Shown piece by piece: positions 23,785 to 37,360 of a stretch of 64,000 bases of DNA. Origin of the DNA: Veleropilina oligotropha (Eukaryota); the NCBI GenBank assembly GCA_048128005.1, contig JBEUKZ010000131.1, forward strand, positions 434,001 through 498,000, written 5' to 3'. Both the position numbers and the translations under genes were made by a program. Numbering within the stretch: position 1 is the stretch's first letter; every line of letters starts with the position of its first letter. The notes below the pieces were generated by a model. That model made no database searches and had not been told where the DNA came from. It saw nothing but the letters and a program-made list of their open reading frames with translations.

Positions 23785-26700
23785 TATCGCCCATGTATCC
23801 AAAGTAGCAGCAGACCTTCAGGTATAGTTTATCTACCTTTGTTTATGCAGCAGCAATCATCGGTCTGCCTGCAGCACATTATCAAGAAAATAATCGCATT
23901 GACTGGAAAGATCAAGCTCAGTTAATTTATATGCATGATAAGCGGCTTAGCCATGCTCTGTTTTATGAATAAGAGAGATTTTTTATGTTTGAAGTAATGA
24001 GCTGGAAACATAGCCTTCGGTACTTGTCACATTGACAGTAAAACTATTTCTCTCCAAATTCAATGAGGCTGAGTGGGCAATGGCATTCATAGAGTGGGTT
24101 CAACACTGCCACTGCCTTTCAGCTTTTCCTCCCACTATCAAATAGAGGTGGCTGATTTTACAAGTATACCGGTTAAAAATTATTCCCTGGTGTCATGCAG
24201 CTTCCAATACTGATACTTATGTACTGTACTTAAAGCTTATTAATAAATAATTAATATAATCAGTCAAAATAGTTCATTTCAGCATTGGGGAAAGCTACAT
24301 ACATGTATTTAGATTATCTCAGAATGATTTAAATCCACAGCATATCAGCAACTACAAAAACAAATATCTGTCAACATTGAATTTTGCTGCAAGGTTTTCA
24401 TTATTTGATAAATTTGAATAAAATATTAATATATTTGGGTCACAATATATTTCACGCAAGAATGTTTGTGCCAATAAATTACGAGTATCGTTCAGTTATG
24501 ATCTTGGAGGTATACCATATGGTACAAACTAGCGGTATATGTTACCCTGCGATATACGGTACTTCAGTACTCAATAGACCGTGCATGGTATCAAGCTCCA
24601 CTATAATACTTAATGTCCTGCTGTATGACCCTGCCAGGTGTTAAATGGGACAATAATTGAACTCCACTCCAAACCAAACCGCCTATTAAATTGATCATTC
24701 TGCTTAGCATATCTTATTTGTACCTGATACCAGATGCTGCTGGTTTATAAAATGTTTGTCATAATTCTCTCTGTTGGTATGCAAAGTAATCAAATTTGGT
24801 CATGCTAATTGAATAATGCCACCCATGCATACAATATCCAATTTCAAATCCTGTTTCTGTTATATTAAATGTAGGTTTTACTGCGAGGTTTGATTCTCTA
24901 ATCAGAGAGGCTTGCAGTTAAACCACGAGGCGCCGAGTTGTTTAACTGCACGGGTTTCTCCGATTAGACAACAAGCACTGAGTGTTATTTTTAACTGACT
25001 TAAACCATTGCAATAATGTAAACTAATGTAAAATATATGATGTTAATAAACCCATTATTATTGCAAAAAGTACTTTCCCGTGTTTTAACTAACAATATGT
25101 TAGTTAAACCACGGTCCAAAATAATAGAATGACGTCAACGGTTTAATTACATTATGTAATCCACAATTCCCATCTCTCCTACCTAATGTGTAGGCAAGTA
25201 AACTTTGGGAATACACCATCCTTAAAGCTCTGGCCGTTTACAGGGCATTATAATGTGTCAATGAGGTTACAGAGCATTACATGATATTAATCTATGAAAT
25301 ATGCTTTGCAAATTAAACCCATTGTTCACATCAACAACAGTGCAATAAATAGAAACAACATTCATTGTTAATTTTTTGGTACATGCATTTAGACATGCAA
25401 TGGTGATATATATTCATGCGTACAGTTCAAGAGTTGACATTCCCAAACATAGGCAGCATTGTGGTACATGTAATGGAATGAAGCAGACCACATGCTGACA
25501 TGCAAAATGTGCGGCATTACAAACACCAGATATGCCTACCCTGCCAACAGCCATAATGTTGATATATAAACATGTCCATTTATTTACATATTTATGTATA
25601 TATACAAATCATTAGTCAATACAATGTCCAATGGCCATTCAATTGTGGACAAACTGTCCCTAAATGTTGATTGTAAATTGTATGAATTGTTTACTTAGTG
25701 TATAACTACCACCCTATAGTTCACTAAACATAATGGGTGTCACTAAGTCAGTCGATAAGGAATTAGTTAATGTGAGAGATTTCAAAGGATCCTTTTCAAC
25801 TCCGTGACTTTCACAAAGTTTAACTATTTGAGGAATGTAGCATCAAAAAAGGAATGCCCTTAATTGGTTTCTTTATGGTACGTGCAAATTCTTTCAACAT
25901 AGTAAATCTGAACCAGAAATTTGCAGTCATGTTTCCTTAATTCTTTCTGCTGTCCATTTACGATTTATAACAATCCTTTAGTGATACCATGACAATCAGG
26001 AGCGATATAAAAGCAACACTGCTGTTGATCTTTAGGTTTATGACCGTTACAAGGAAGGTGCTAATTGATTTGTTGTTTTTATATTCCGCAAGACTAGACT
26101 CTGAATAAGTTCATTAAATTGAATAGTGGCCAATGTAATCCATACGATTTGAGTATCTGATAGTTGAGTAAATAGCTTATTGCAAGAATATACAATGAAG
26201 ATGATAACTATACAACTTTTATGTAAATATGAACACTTTATTGCACACACTAATGATGAATACATTGTCTTTACATCAATATATAGTTGATAAAATAATT
26301 TTATAATGTAAAATGTGTAGAAAAATTAATGAAAATAAAATATTATTGAATAAAAAAGATTAAAAGAAGCGACAATTGTGTGCTTTAAAACTAATTAAAC
26401 ATACAAATAAAATATGGATGAATCAATATAATTAAGTGTATGAGTAAATAAATTTTGAGCAATATGTGTAATTGCTGGAATACTGTTATATTAAATCTCC
26501 CCTCGCATTGCTTTTATTTTAAATAAACTTTACCAAATGCATCATATCACTTCTAGCCTGAGACTATATTGTATATATTTATTCATTATGCATTTTATTT
26601 TCTATCTCTACAAGATGTTTGATTTTCCTATGCTTTATTGTGTGTTCTAATAATTCTCATGTTATGCCGATACACTGTCACTTTCAATGGAACTAATTCA

Positions 26701-27078
26701 ATAAGATATTTATAGTCTGTACATAACAACGGCGGAATAATTATGTCACAGTCAATATATATTTTAAGGGCTTATCAATTTGTATTTGTCAGTCAGTTGT
26801 GCGAGTCAATAATGCATCAGCGATATGAAATATGGGGGAAATCGTAAAGACAGGAATGTCTGCCATTGTGGGGGCCCCAGCGGGTATTTTATATTCATCG
26901 TACCACATGACTGTATATCATTTCTGAAGAATGTTGTTAATTGTGTGTATATTGTTTGTATATATATATATATATTTAATTAAGTAAGCAAATGTAATGT
27001 ATACCTACTTAATGTATCCACATTTTGTAAAAGATGAGAAAAGAAAAATAATGAAAGTTTAGATATATATAATGTTAA

Positions 27079-27523
27079 ATAGACTATTGCCCGTAAATGC
27101 GCTCTTTTTTCTTTGCAAAGAAAACTAAACCGCATTACACTTTTTGTATACAGCATAAAAAGTTAGGAATTTTCAACAATTTACTTTCGTCAGTAATTTT
27201 CTACCGTTTAATAAATCGCTAATGAAGATTTAAATTAAATTAATTAATTTTAATTACCTCTCACCGACATTTCCAATTGACCTAGTTGGAGCAAAGTTGC
27301 GTAGATTTCCGCTCGTCAAGTAAGATAGCTTTCTATTTGACAATAATATATATTGCCCAGTTACAATAATAATTTCAATAAATATCTATCATTTGATCAT
27401 ATATCGATCATATCTTCGCGAAATTTGTATCGTTCTGTGCGAAATGTGCGTCCGATTCATTTCATACGATAGAGGCTGTTCAGTCATGTTAAACAATCAC
27501 CAAAACTACGGGCAATAGTCACT
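27079..27523. mobile_element. Kolobok-like MITE
   Basis: TTAA flanks; TIR GACTATTGCCCGTA / TACGGGCAATAGTC; second copy at 35940. Confidence 0.75.
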
Positions 27524-28229
27524 TTAATATTTTCCAGGGAATTGTAAATCATAGGTGTCTATAAATATAGTAACATTATATTTGAACTTAGGCCTATAAT
27601 TGTCAATGGAATTTTCTTATTAGTAATCAGGTTCAATTACAACGGATATAAAGAACAAACATAGGCAAAACTTTTATAATAAATTATGACTGTTGTGGTC
27701 TATTTATGAATGCTATAAATAACTTTAAATCCTATTTCGAGCGTATTGATTATTCTCTGCCCTTCACTGATTCACATCCTGCCTGAGCCCCATATTAGTG
27801 ATGTTTATCATAAGCAGTACCTGTCTGCCTCAAACAAAGGGCTGCATTCCACTGAACCAAAGCAGCCACCTGCCACTGACTGGATAGAACAATAGTCGCT
27901 GTTGGTGTTTTGGATTACTACCTTCTGTAGGCTGTGGATGTGTGTCCTTGGTATAACTCCAGTGGGTGCATGACTGACTGTAGAGGGCCTCTCTCCCTGG
28001 CATGGCTACAGTTGATGACTAGCCCAGGGCCATGTGTGTGATCACATCAGTGGTGGGAAGCATAGACAGTCATCCAAACGCTAGGCGCAGTGCTGTCTTC
28101 CTGTTCAGGGCAGACAGAAGCTCGGAATAACAAAGTGACATATGTAGTTGGTTCTTCGAAATATCAACAGGATTGTATACAGCGATATTATCTACACTGG
28201 TTGATTTTGTGGAGTGCTAACAAGTGAGG

Positions 28230-28284
28230 ATGGAGAGAAGAAAGGAGGATAAACTGTACAAATCCACTATGTTTATCATGCTTG
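28230..28284 (+). CDS. Candidate internal first coding exon (MERRKEDKLYKSTMFIML)
   Basis: AGGATGG start context, open frame, consensus donor G|GTGAGT in phase 1 matching the acceptor at 45252; preceded by ~500 bp of non-repeat GC-richer sequence. Confidence 0.55.
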
Positions 28285-29263
28285 GTGAGTGAGATTCGGG
28301 GAAGGCAAAAACTGGAGTGTGTACTTGACACGTATATATAAAAGTATATAGATCAGACCGTTTAATCAGCATTTGACAGCTGAGCATTATTTACCTAAAA
28401 GTTGTGATTCGAGCGTGTAATTTATGTATATAACTTTTTAAATTAGTATTGTTATTGATATTAAGATGAAAATTTTGAAATGTAATGATGGAAAAATTAC
28501 CATTTTTACTTGTTTTGTTTGTATTAAATTCATAAATTAAATATAGCTTTCAGGCTTATTTGTATGTGACCTAGTTATTACAGAGAAGGTAGCTTGATCT
28601 TAACCTTCTTGTTTTGGTCCAGAGTTTATCCCCCATTAATATTACAGAATGAATTCATGAGGATAATCAGATTTTTAAGATATATTCCATGAATTTATTC
28701 ACCTACCTATATATAGTAGTTTGTATGTTAACCGTGCATTTGGCATAAAGATTATAAATGTTCTTATCATCTAATCTTATATGATATACAATTACCCAAT
28801 TTAAAGCCCCTTACTTTTAGAAACTCATTGTTTAATAATATATTACCAATATGCACTTGTTCACATCAGACTTGCATTGGTTTATGCAAATATACACAAT
28901 ATGATAATATTTGCATAAATTTATAATAAATAAAATTTAATTTATTCAAGAAAATCAATATATTTTGCTATCATTTCACCGATGTATGTAGGAGTGATCT
29001 GTTTGTCTGAGCGTCGTGCAGATACCATCTGCTGTCAATATATGAAGCGGAATGCTCGGTGCCTTGGTGACTCAGTGATCAAGTGAAATGATTAGCCTCC
29101 AAACAAAACACAAGCAGTCATGCTCATAAAGCGGCCATATTCAATACAGATGGTTGTGTGCATTATTCCAATTCTAGAAATTTTAAATCATCTTTGACAA
29201 AACGTTGAGTGTGGTATATGACACATTTATATATTGGCAGATTAAAAAGTCGTGGTTGCTTAA

Positions 29264-29810
29264 AGATGCATTGCCCGTAATTGATGATTCAAATTGGAAG
29301 ACTAAACATTGTTTGCTGTTTTATAATAATCAATCCCCGCTGAAATCGAAGTCGCTGTGGGCTATCAAAATTTACATTGAACGGCGACCATTTTTGTGGA
29401 TACCAGTTAACTCGTTCAACGGCGTATTATCACAATTATTTTTCGTCAAACTGTTCATTGAAACATGCAGACGTTTGGTCAAATATGAAAAATGTATGTA
29501 TCTAAATTGCATGCAATGTGATGTTAGTGTAAAATAGTACATCAGTTATAGTGTTGCATCTCAACTTTCCACAATTCCCATGTTAATTTCGGCCGTGGAC
29601 AACTTGGACGAAATTTCTGACGCCGAGATGCCCGTTATCCATTATAAAACCGAGCCCGGTTTAATTATTTTTACTTTTATTTCATAGGCTCCCTTTAGAT
29701 TTTTTAGGAAAAATTACAAAGTTTCTAACTTTGGGTAACTGGCAAAAATACATTTGAGGTCTAGGGTTTCAAATTAAAAGCATTTTTTGCTACTTATGGG
29801 CAATGCAACT
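29264..29810. mobile_element. Kolobok-like MITE with related TIRs
   Basis: TTAA|AGATGCATTGCCCGTAA ... TTATGGGCAATGCAACT|TTAA. Confidence 0.7.
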
Positions 29811-30744
29811 TTAATTTCAGATATTTGTTATTAAATGAGTATGTATATTCATCAAATTTTTAATGTCATATTTCAGTTCTTGGTGCAACTCTCCTCTTAT
29901 TTCATTACAAGAAAAGTAATAATATTATGTGGATGTGACTGATAGCTCAATTGTTAGATATAGGATAAAATGCATATTCTAACGCATAACACTAGAAAAG
30001 AAGAGATGGCGTAAAGACTTTTTATTTTTTCATTATAAACGCCACATTAAATCAATGTTCACACACTAGATAACGTAAAAACTGCTTCACATCATATCTG
30101 TCAGAATGTAATCATCATATTTGTGTATATCTGTTTCACACCACATTATAATGACATACAGAGGGTATTGTTTCAGTCACATAGCATCGTTGACCTGCCT
30201 TACCCTGTGAATATGAGCAGCCATTGTAATGTGGGAACTAGTTGCATCTATCAGGATGTTATGAATGAATTGGATTTAGTTTCCTTCCAATTCTGAAGGG
30301 TGACATTCTTTTCCTGTGCTGTTAGGAGTCTCTCCTGTATGCATGTGGTACAGATAGTTTAGTAAGTCGCTGAGCACTGGTTTGGTAATCATTTTACATA
30401 TCATTAATATTGTTTATAAATGCTATTTATTATATAAATGGTGCTGTTATTCGTTAAATAATGGCAAAAATATAATCGGTAATTCATTGATATATATTTT
30501 CACTCACGTGAGTGAAAATATTTTCCATATTTCACTCTCGTGAGTGAAAATATCAAAAACGCGTCATAAATTGACGTCATAAAAACGTTGTCCATGGTGA
30601 CGTCGTCTATGGCAACGTTATGATAGCGAACTACATTTCAACATTACAATGTCAACAGAGCACGCATTCGTTCTTCCACAAAAATAAACATGGCTATACA
30701 ATGGTAACATTATTTAATTGATAACTAACCCATTTATATAATAA

Positions 30745-30909
30745 ATAGAGCATTCAATGTTATGTCAGAAATATTAAATATATTTTGTCTCGTGAACTAT
30801 ATCCTAGCCGATTCACTCAAGGCCTCCGGCCTTTCGTGAATCCGCTAGGATATATTTCACTCGACAAAATATATTTAATATTTCTGACATACCATCAAAT
30901 ACCCTCTAT
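30745..30909. repeat. ~165-bp near-perfect palindrome
   Basis: TATGTCAGAAATATTAAATATATTTTGTC...GGCC-TCC-GGCC...GACAAAATATATTTAATATTTCTGACATA. Confidence 0.85.
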
Positions 30910-31680
30910 ATATTCAACTGTAGTACTTAAAAATATGTGTATTGTATTTTTATTTTTTAAGTCAAATAGCATGCAGTAATAAGTAATGATGACAGAACGT
31001 GATTGAGATGCTGAATGCTAGTCTTCATTGGGCACATCAGTTAAATCATTATTCAAATATGATAACCCGATTTGTGAATATGAAAAGTTGGTGTGTTCAA
31101 GATGGTTGCCTTACTTAGTAGTTTAAGACAATTTTGCTGAGAAGTACACACAGTTCACAAAATGTCTAGTTTAGTGTTTTATATTTCACTTTGCAAGAAT
31201 TACGACCAGGTTATACGCCTGAAAAGTTGCCAAAAGTGGTCGTAAAACCAAGTTACCAAACCAATCATTTTGCAACATGAATGACGCACAATATTATCAT
31301 TATGCATAAGTTACGTCATTGGTACATTAAATATCTATTAATAATTAAACTTTCCATTTATAAAAGTTTTCTCTTTATTCTCATAATCATAGTCCTTTCT
31401 AAGCATCATTATGGCAGTTGTTATTAGGATGTGCCGTGTGACCCAGATAATCTTCGTAAACGCTAAGTTTCCATTAGACTTTCGAAAACAAATGTTTAAT
31501 CTTTTAAATTTAACTGAAAATTCGCTTATTTAGACAAATGTTCGGCACTTAATTTGTAAGTATATATTTTGTCAAATTATTATTATAGAAATGTTTTTAA
31601 TATTGATCATATACAGCTGTAAAACTTTTAGGGAGCTAAGTAAATGTGTTTAATTATTTTTTCTATAAGTTAGTAGTAGG

Positions 31681-32642
31681 CAGAGGATTTGTCCGGATCA
31701 TATCTCAGCTTCTATGCATGTCAGCTTGATGAAACTTGGTATGCTAACTTACCATGACCTACCCTAGCGCATGGCGATATAATTTTCCGTGTGCGACCTT
31801 TGACCTTGCCCTTCTGACCGTACCCAAAATTTAGGATGAAGCTTTTGTCCGGATCATATCTCGGTTTGTATGCATGTCAGCTTCATGAAACTTGGTATGC
31901 TAACTTACCAAGACCCACCCTAGTGCGTGGCGATATAATTTTCCGCGTGCGACCTTTGACCTTGCCGTTGTGACCTTTGACACAAAATCCAGGATGCAAG
32001 TTTTGTCCTGTCCATATCTCGGCTACTATATATTCCTCCTTGATTTACTTTTGTATGTTAACTTACCTTGACCCACCCTTGAGCATGGCGACATAATTTT
32101 CTGTGAGCGACCATTGACCTTGTCGTTGTGACCTTCCCCAAATATAGAATAAAGCTTTTATCCGGAACATATCTCAACTTGTATATATGCCAGATTGACA
32201 AAACTTGGTATGGTTACTTACCTTATACGTGTAACCCTAGCGCGTGGCGATATAATTTTCCGTATGCGACCTTTGATCTTGCCGTTGTGACCTTTGACAC
32301 AAAATACAGGAGGCAATTTTTTCCAAACAACATCTCGGCTATTAGACTTTCCACTTTATTGAAATTTACTATTCTAACCCTCCTTGAGCTATCCTAGCGC
32401 GCTGCGACAATTTTCCGTATACGACCATTGATTGATTAGTCATTTTGACAACATTTTCCATATTTATACATTTATTTATTTCTGAATTTTTTATTATTTT
32501 TTCGTCCAAACTTCTACATGATGGACAGCTAGCACAGTATTTAACCACTGTTAAGATCACAAAGTCAAGATCACAGATTTTATATGGCATTCCGATTGCT
32601 ATATAAGGCTGGGGTTCCCGACAGCTCTGCGGCTGTCTATTT
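31681..32642 (+). mobile_element. 5'-truncated HINE-like element, ~157-bp core (4-5 units)
   Basis: Repeated TTGTCCGGATCATATCTC...GAAACTTGGTATG...GACCTTTGACCTTG; terminal hairpin GACAGC-tctgcg-GCTGTC. Confidence 0.7.
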
Positions 32643-33066
32643 TTTACTTTGAATTCTCTCTGTCTTTAATTTCTGGTTACTTTTTTTGCTTGGCAGTCTC
32701 CCAACAAGAAAGATCAAATGAAATAAAAAGAAATACATTGTATATCATTTTAAGTTTCAAAGAAAAGGTTATCGCCATTGTTTAGAAACTTAGTAAACAA
32801 AGAAGAATTTATCACCCTAGTCCATCAATATCAGATGCAATGTGCACTTTAATGGGTTTGTATCCTGTTATTTATGCACCAGTAAATGGAAAACAATTTT
32901 TGTCCCTTTATGCATCCAGTGAAGCAGTTGTTTCAGCAATCACATCATGGGGTGATTAACGGCCCTTGTCCATTAATTCTCACTACAGGGAGGGTAAATA
33001 GCTTTGATCACTCACAGCAAGGACTTGATTGTGTATACACAAGTCAGCAATTGTGTCATTATCTGG

Positions 33067-34959
33067 TAGGATCTGATCCAGAGGTAATGAAGGGAATAGG
33101 ATCTGATCCAGAGGTAATGAAGGGAATAGGATCTGATCCAGAGGTAATGAAGGGAATAGGATCTGATCCAGAGGTAATGAAGGGAATAGGATCTGATCCA
33201 GAGGTAATGAAGGGAATAGGATCTGATCCAGAGGTAATGAAGGGAATAGGATCTGATCCAGAGGTAATGAAGGGAATAGGATCTGATCCAGAGGTAATGA
33301 AGGGAATAGGATCTGATCCAGAGGTAATGAAGGGAATAGGATCTGATCCAGAGGTAATGAAGGGAATAGGATCTGATCCAGAGGTAATGAAGGGAATAGG
33401 ATCTGATCCAGAGGTAATGAAGGGAATAGGATCTGATCCAGAGGTAATGAAGGGAATAGGATCTGATCCAGAGGTAATGAAGGGAATAGGATCTGATCCA
33501 GAGGTAATGAAGGGAATAGGATCTGATCCAGAGGTAATGAAGGGAATAGGATCTGATCCAGAGGTAATGAAGGGAATAGGATCTGATCCAGAGGTAATGA
33601 AGGGAATAGGATCTGATCCAGAGGTAATGAAGGGAATAGGATCTGATCCAGAGGTAATGAAGGGAATAGGATCTGATCCAGAGGTAATGAAGGGAATAGG
33701 ATCTGATCCAGAGGTAATGAAGGGAATAGGATCTGATCCAGAGGTAATGAAGGGAATAGGATCTGATCCAGAGGTAATGAAGGGAATAGGATCTGATCCA
33801 GAGGTAATGAAGGGAATAGGATCTGATCCAGAGGTAATGAAGGGAATAGGATCTGATCCAGAGGTAATGAGGGGAATAGGATCTGATCCAGAGGTAATGA
33901 GGGGAATAGGATCTGATCCAGAGGTAATGAGGGGAATAGGATCTGATCCAGAGGTAATGAGGGGAATAGGATCTGATCCAGAGGTAATGAAGGGAATAGG
34001 ATCTGATCCAGAGGTAATGAAGGGAATAGGATCTGATCCAGAGGTAATGAAGGGAATAGGATCTGATCCAGAGGTAATGAAGGGAATAGGATCTGATCCA
34101 GAGGTAATGAAGGGAATAGGATCTGATCCAGAGGTAATGAAGGGAATAGGATCTGATCCAGAGGTAATGAAGGGAATAGGATCTGATCCAGAGGTAATGA
34201 AGGGAATAGGATCTGATCCAGAGGTAATGAAGGGAATAGGATCTGATCCAGAGGTAATGAAGGGAATAGGATCTGATCCAGAGGTAATGAAGGGAATAGG
34301 ATCTGATCCAGAGGTAATGAAGGGAATAGGATCTGATCCAGAGGTAATGAAGGGAATAGGATCTGATCCAGAGGTAATGAAGGGAATAGGATCTGATCCA
34401 GAGGTAATGAAGGGAATAGGATCTGATCCAGAGGTAATGAAGGGAATAGGATCTGATCCAGAGGTAATGAAGGGAATAGGATCTGATCCAGAGGTAATGA
34501 AGGGAATAGGATCTGATCCAGAGGTAATGAAGGGAATAGGATCTGATCCAGAGGTAATGAAGGGAATAGGATCTGATCCAGAGGTAATGAGGGGAATAGG
34601 ATCTGATCCAGAGGTAATGAGGGGAATAGGATCTGATCCAGAGGTAATGAGGGGAATAGGATCTGATCCAGAGGTAATGAAGGGAATAGGATCTGATCCA
34701 GAGGTAATGAAGGGAATAGGATCTGATCCAGAGGTAATGAAGGGAATAGGATCTGATCCAGAGGTAATGAAGGGAATAGGATCTGATCCAGAGGTAATGA
34801 AGGGAATAGGATCTGATCCAGAGGTAATGAAGGGAATAGGATCTGATCCAGAGGTAATGAAGGGAATAGGATCTGATCCAGAGGTAATGAAGGGAATAGG
34901 ATCTGATCCAGAGGTAATGAAGGGAATAGGATCTGATCCAGAGGTAATGAAGGGAATAG
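33067..34959. repeat. Minisatellite, 30-bp unit x ~63
   Basis: Unit TAGGATCTGATCCAGAGGTAATGAAGGGAA; the only variant is one A>G change in 7 copies. Confidence 0.98.
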
Positions 34960-35144
34960 TAAACAATCTATTATGGGCAGAGTTGAAAATACAAATTAAA
35001 CTAACTACCAAATGCTTGTCTGTTTCAAGCACAGCTAGATCCCAGGTATCCTGTTTGTGCAATCCGCTGATTGTAATAATAGTGGTAGTTCTTGAGACCA
35101 TATTAGTGGAAAAGAAATTAGCTATGCTGTATTTTTCCAACAAT

Positions 35145-35320
35145 TAAGTTCAAAGCAGAACATGTCCATATTACCAGTTACGGACAACCATGATTGATAA
35201 CTTGAGCAAACAATGTCCTGCCCCAACTGAGGTTCGAGCCCACTACTGTTCGTGTCAGCAGAATCAACCAGTGATTTTTCGGAGTCTGCAAACGAAACCA
35301 CATGACTGTCGAAGCGGCCC
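35145..35320 (-). mobile_element. Degenerate SINE, family B
   Basis: GTTCGAGCCCACTACTGTTCG...GAAGCGGCC matches 19973 and 44173. Confidence 0.6.
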
Positions 35321-35939
35321 CAAAACAGTGAAACTGACGATCCATCTGCAAGGCAATAGTGAAGTGGTGTGAGGCTGTGCTCTGCTTGAGGATCAGGATC
35401 AATCCGTATTCGCTTTGTAATGGACCTGCATATTCCGTTACTTGTTGGCCAGTTTCTTGAGCTCTTGTGTGGCAGTCACTGCAGTGTTTGCTGTTCTCAA
35501 GGATAAATATGCTAATTATTTCCAAAGCGTAGCTTCTGTCTGCAATATTGACACAGGAGAAAGTACCTGTTGACAAATTATGCCTGGCAAACTGGATTTG
35601 CTGGCTCTGATTGCGTCATGGGTGTTGTATAGCTGGAGCGTCGCATTAAGTGCACATGTGTTGGGCAGGCAGTTCACATACCTTACCTATTTATAATCGT
35701 GCCACTTAGAGGTAATGAAACTGCATGTGAAATCTAATACATAACCCGAGCAGCTCAAGGAAGATCTAATATTTGATGTCTATATATTCATGCAACTTCC
35801 ATTCAGTATGTCAGGAACTTGAGTTAATTGGGAATATAGTGCATATATATTAGTATGAAACAAGCTATAATGTAACATGATGCCAAATAATCATGCCGAT
35901 TAGAATCAGGGTCAGCAAATAACCTACCCATGGTATTAA

Positions 35940-36720
35940 AGAGACTATTGCCGGTAAATGCGCTCTTTCTGTTTTAAAAAGAAAACTAACCGCATTACAC
36001 TTTTTGTTTATAGCATACTAGCTGAATTGAGTTCCCTTCGGGAGCTCTAATTCAGCGTCGTGGGGCCTGCGGCCCCAAGTGGAAGGGCTTCGCCCCTCAT
36101 ATTAATTGACAATTTTTTGCTTTATTTTGCGGCAACTACAAAATGCATAAAATTTGCAAAATTTATATTTTCGCCTAAAATTAAAAAAAATTTGTTTTGT
36201 TTTTTCTTCAAAATTTATATTTTTTGTCGGCCAAGACCATCCCCTGGGTACCCTTAGTTGACATGCAAAATTTGGTGAGGATCGGCCCAGTGGTTACGGA
36301 GGAGATAGCGGACAGACAGACAGAGAGACAGACACAGACTCTACTCTACTCTTTTATATATAGAGAATAGAGATAGAGATAAAGTTAAGAATTTTCAACA
36401 CTCAACTTTCGTCAGTAATCTGCTACCATTTAAATGAATCGCTACTGATTATTTAAAAATAATTAAATGCACGAGTTTATTTCCAATTAACCTAGTTGGA
36501 GCACAGGTGCGTAGGTACTCGTCAAGTAAGATAGCTTTCTATTTGACAATAATATATATTGCCCAGTTACAATAATAATTTCACTAAAAGTCTATCATTT
36601 GATCATATATCGGTCATATCTTCGTGAAATTTGTATCAATCTGCGCTAACCGTGCGATAGGGGGTGATCAGTCATGCTACACTGTCACGAAAAGAGCACA
36701 ATTTACGGGCAATAGTCTCT
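35940..36720. mobile_element. Kolobok-like MITE (same family as 27079) hosting a Helitron
   Basis: TIR AGAGACTATTGCCGGTAAAT / ATTTACGGGCAATAGTCTCT; colinear with 27079-27523 apart from the insert. Confidence 0.8.
36018..36379 (-). mobile_element. Non-autonomous Helitron nested in a MITE
   Basis: Inserted between A and T; reads TC...CTAG on the minus strand; subterminal hairpins; (GACA)n tract; absent from the sister MITE. Confidence 0.8.
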
Positions 36721-36822
36721 CATCATATGCAAACCATGGGCACTGTCTGAAAAGTAGTTCTATTTCGTCTGTTTTGAAATTAGATTGTCTTTAGTAATGT
36801 GAGTTTCTGTACGCAATTGGAC

Positions 36823-37360
36823 TTTATTGTATCCCGGGATATAATATGGTTTAACGTCCGTTACGCCGCGCCCTCGTCCATGTCCGCCGAGAGATTCCTC
36901 GTGATCGCTCTAGACAGGCCATTTCTTAACGGAATGTTTTCATATTTGGTATGTGCATTGGTTGGGGCGAGGACACAACACCTATAGAATTTGGGTGTGG
37001 TCCGACTTCCAAGATGGCCGCTGTGGCCTCCATCTTGGATTTTAAGCATAATTCCTTGTGATCGCTCTAGACAGGCCATTTCTTAACGGAATGTTTTCAA
37101 ATTTGGTATGTGCATTGGTTGGGGTGAGGACACGACACCTATAGAATATGGGTGTGGTCCGACTTCCAAGATGGCCGCTGTGGCCTCCATCTTGGATTTT
37201 AAGCATAGTTTCTTGTGATCGCTCAAGACAGACAATTTCTTAACGGAATGTTTTCAAATTTGGTATGTGCATTGGTTGGGGTGAGGATACGACACCTATA
37301 GAATATGGGTGTGGTCCGACCTCCAAGATATGCGGTCACTCGTGACTGAGCATTCTAGTT
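36823..37360 (+). mobile_element. HINE-like element, ~158-bp core x3
   Basis: Repeats GTGATCGCTCTAGACAGG...CAAGATGGCCGC...CCATCTTGGATT; 3' hairpin GTCAC-tc-GTGAC then CTAGTT. Confidence 0.75.

Noticed and set aside
33067..34959. CRISPR-like array of 30-bp repeats
   Set aside because: No unique spacers, no cas genes, eukaryotic intron.
32886..35147. 753-aa (+) and 694-aa (-) ORFs
   Set aside because: Produced by a stop-free 30-bp minisatellite; flanks are not protein-like and there is no synonymous variation or convincing splice boundary.
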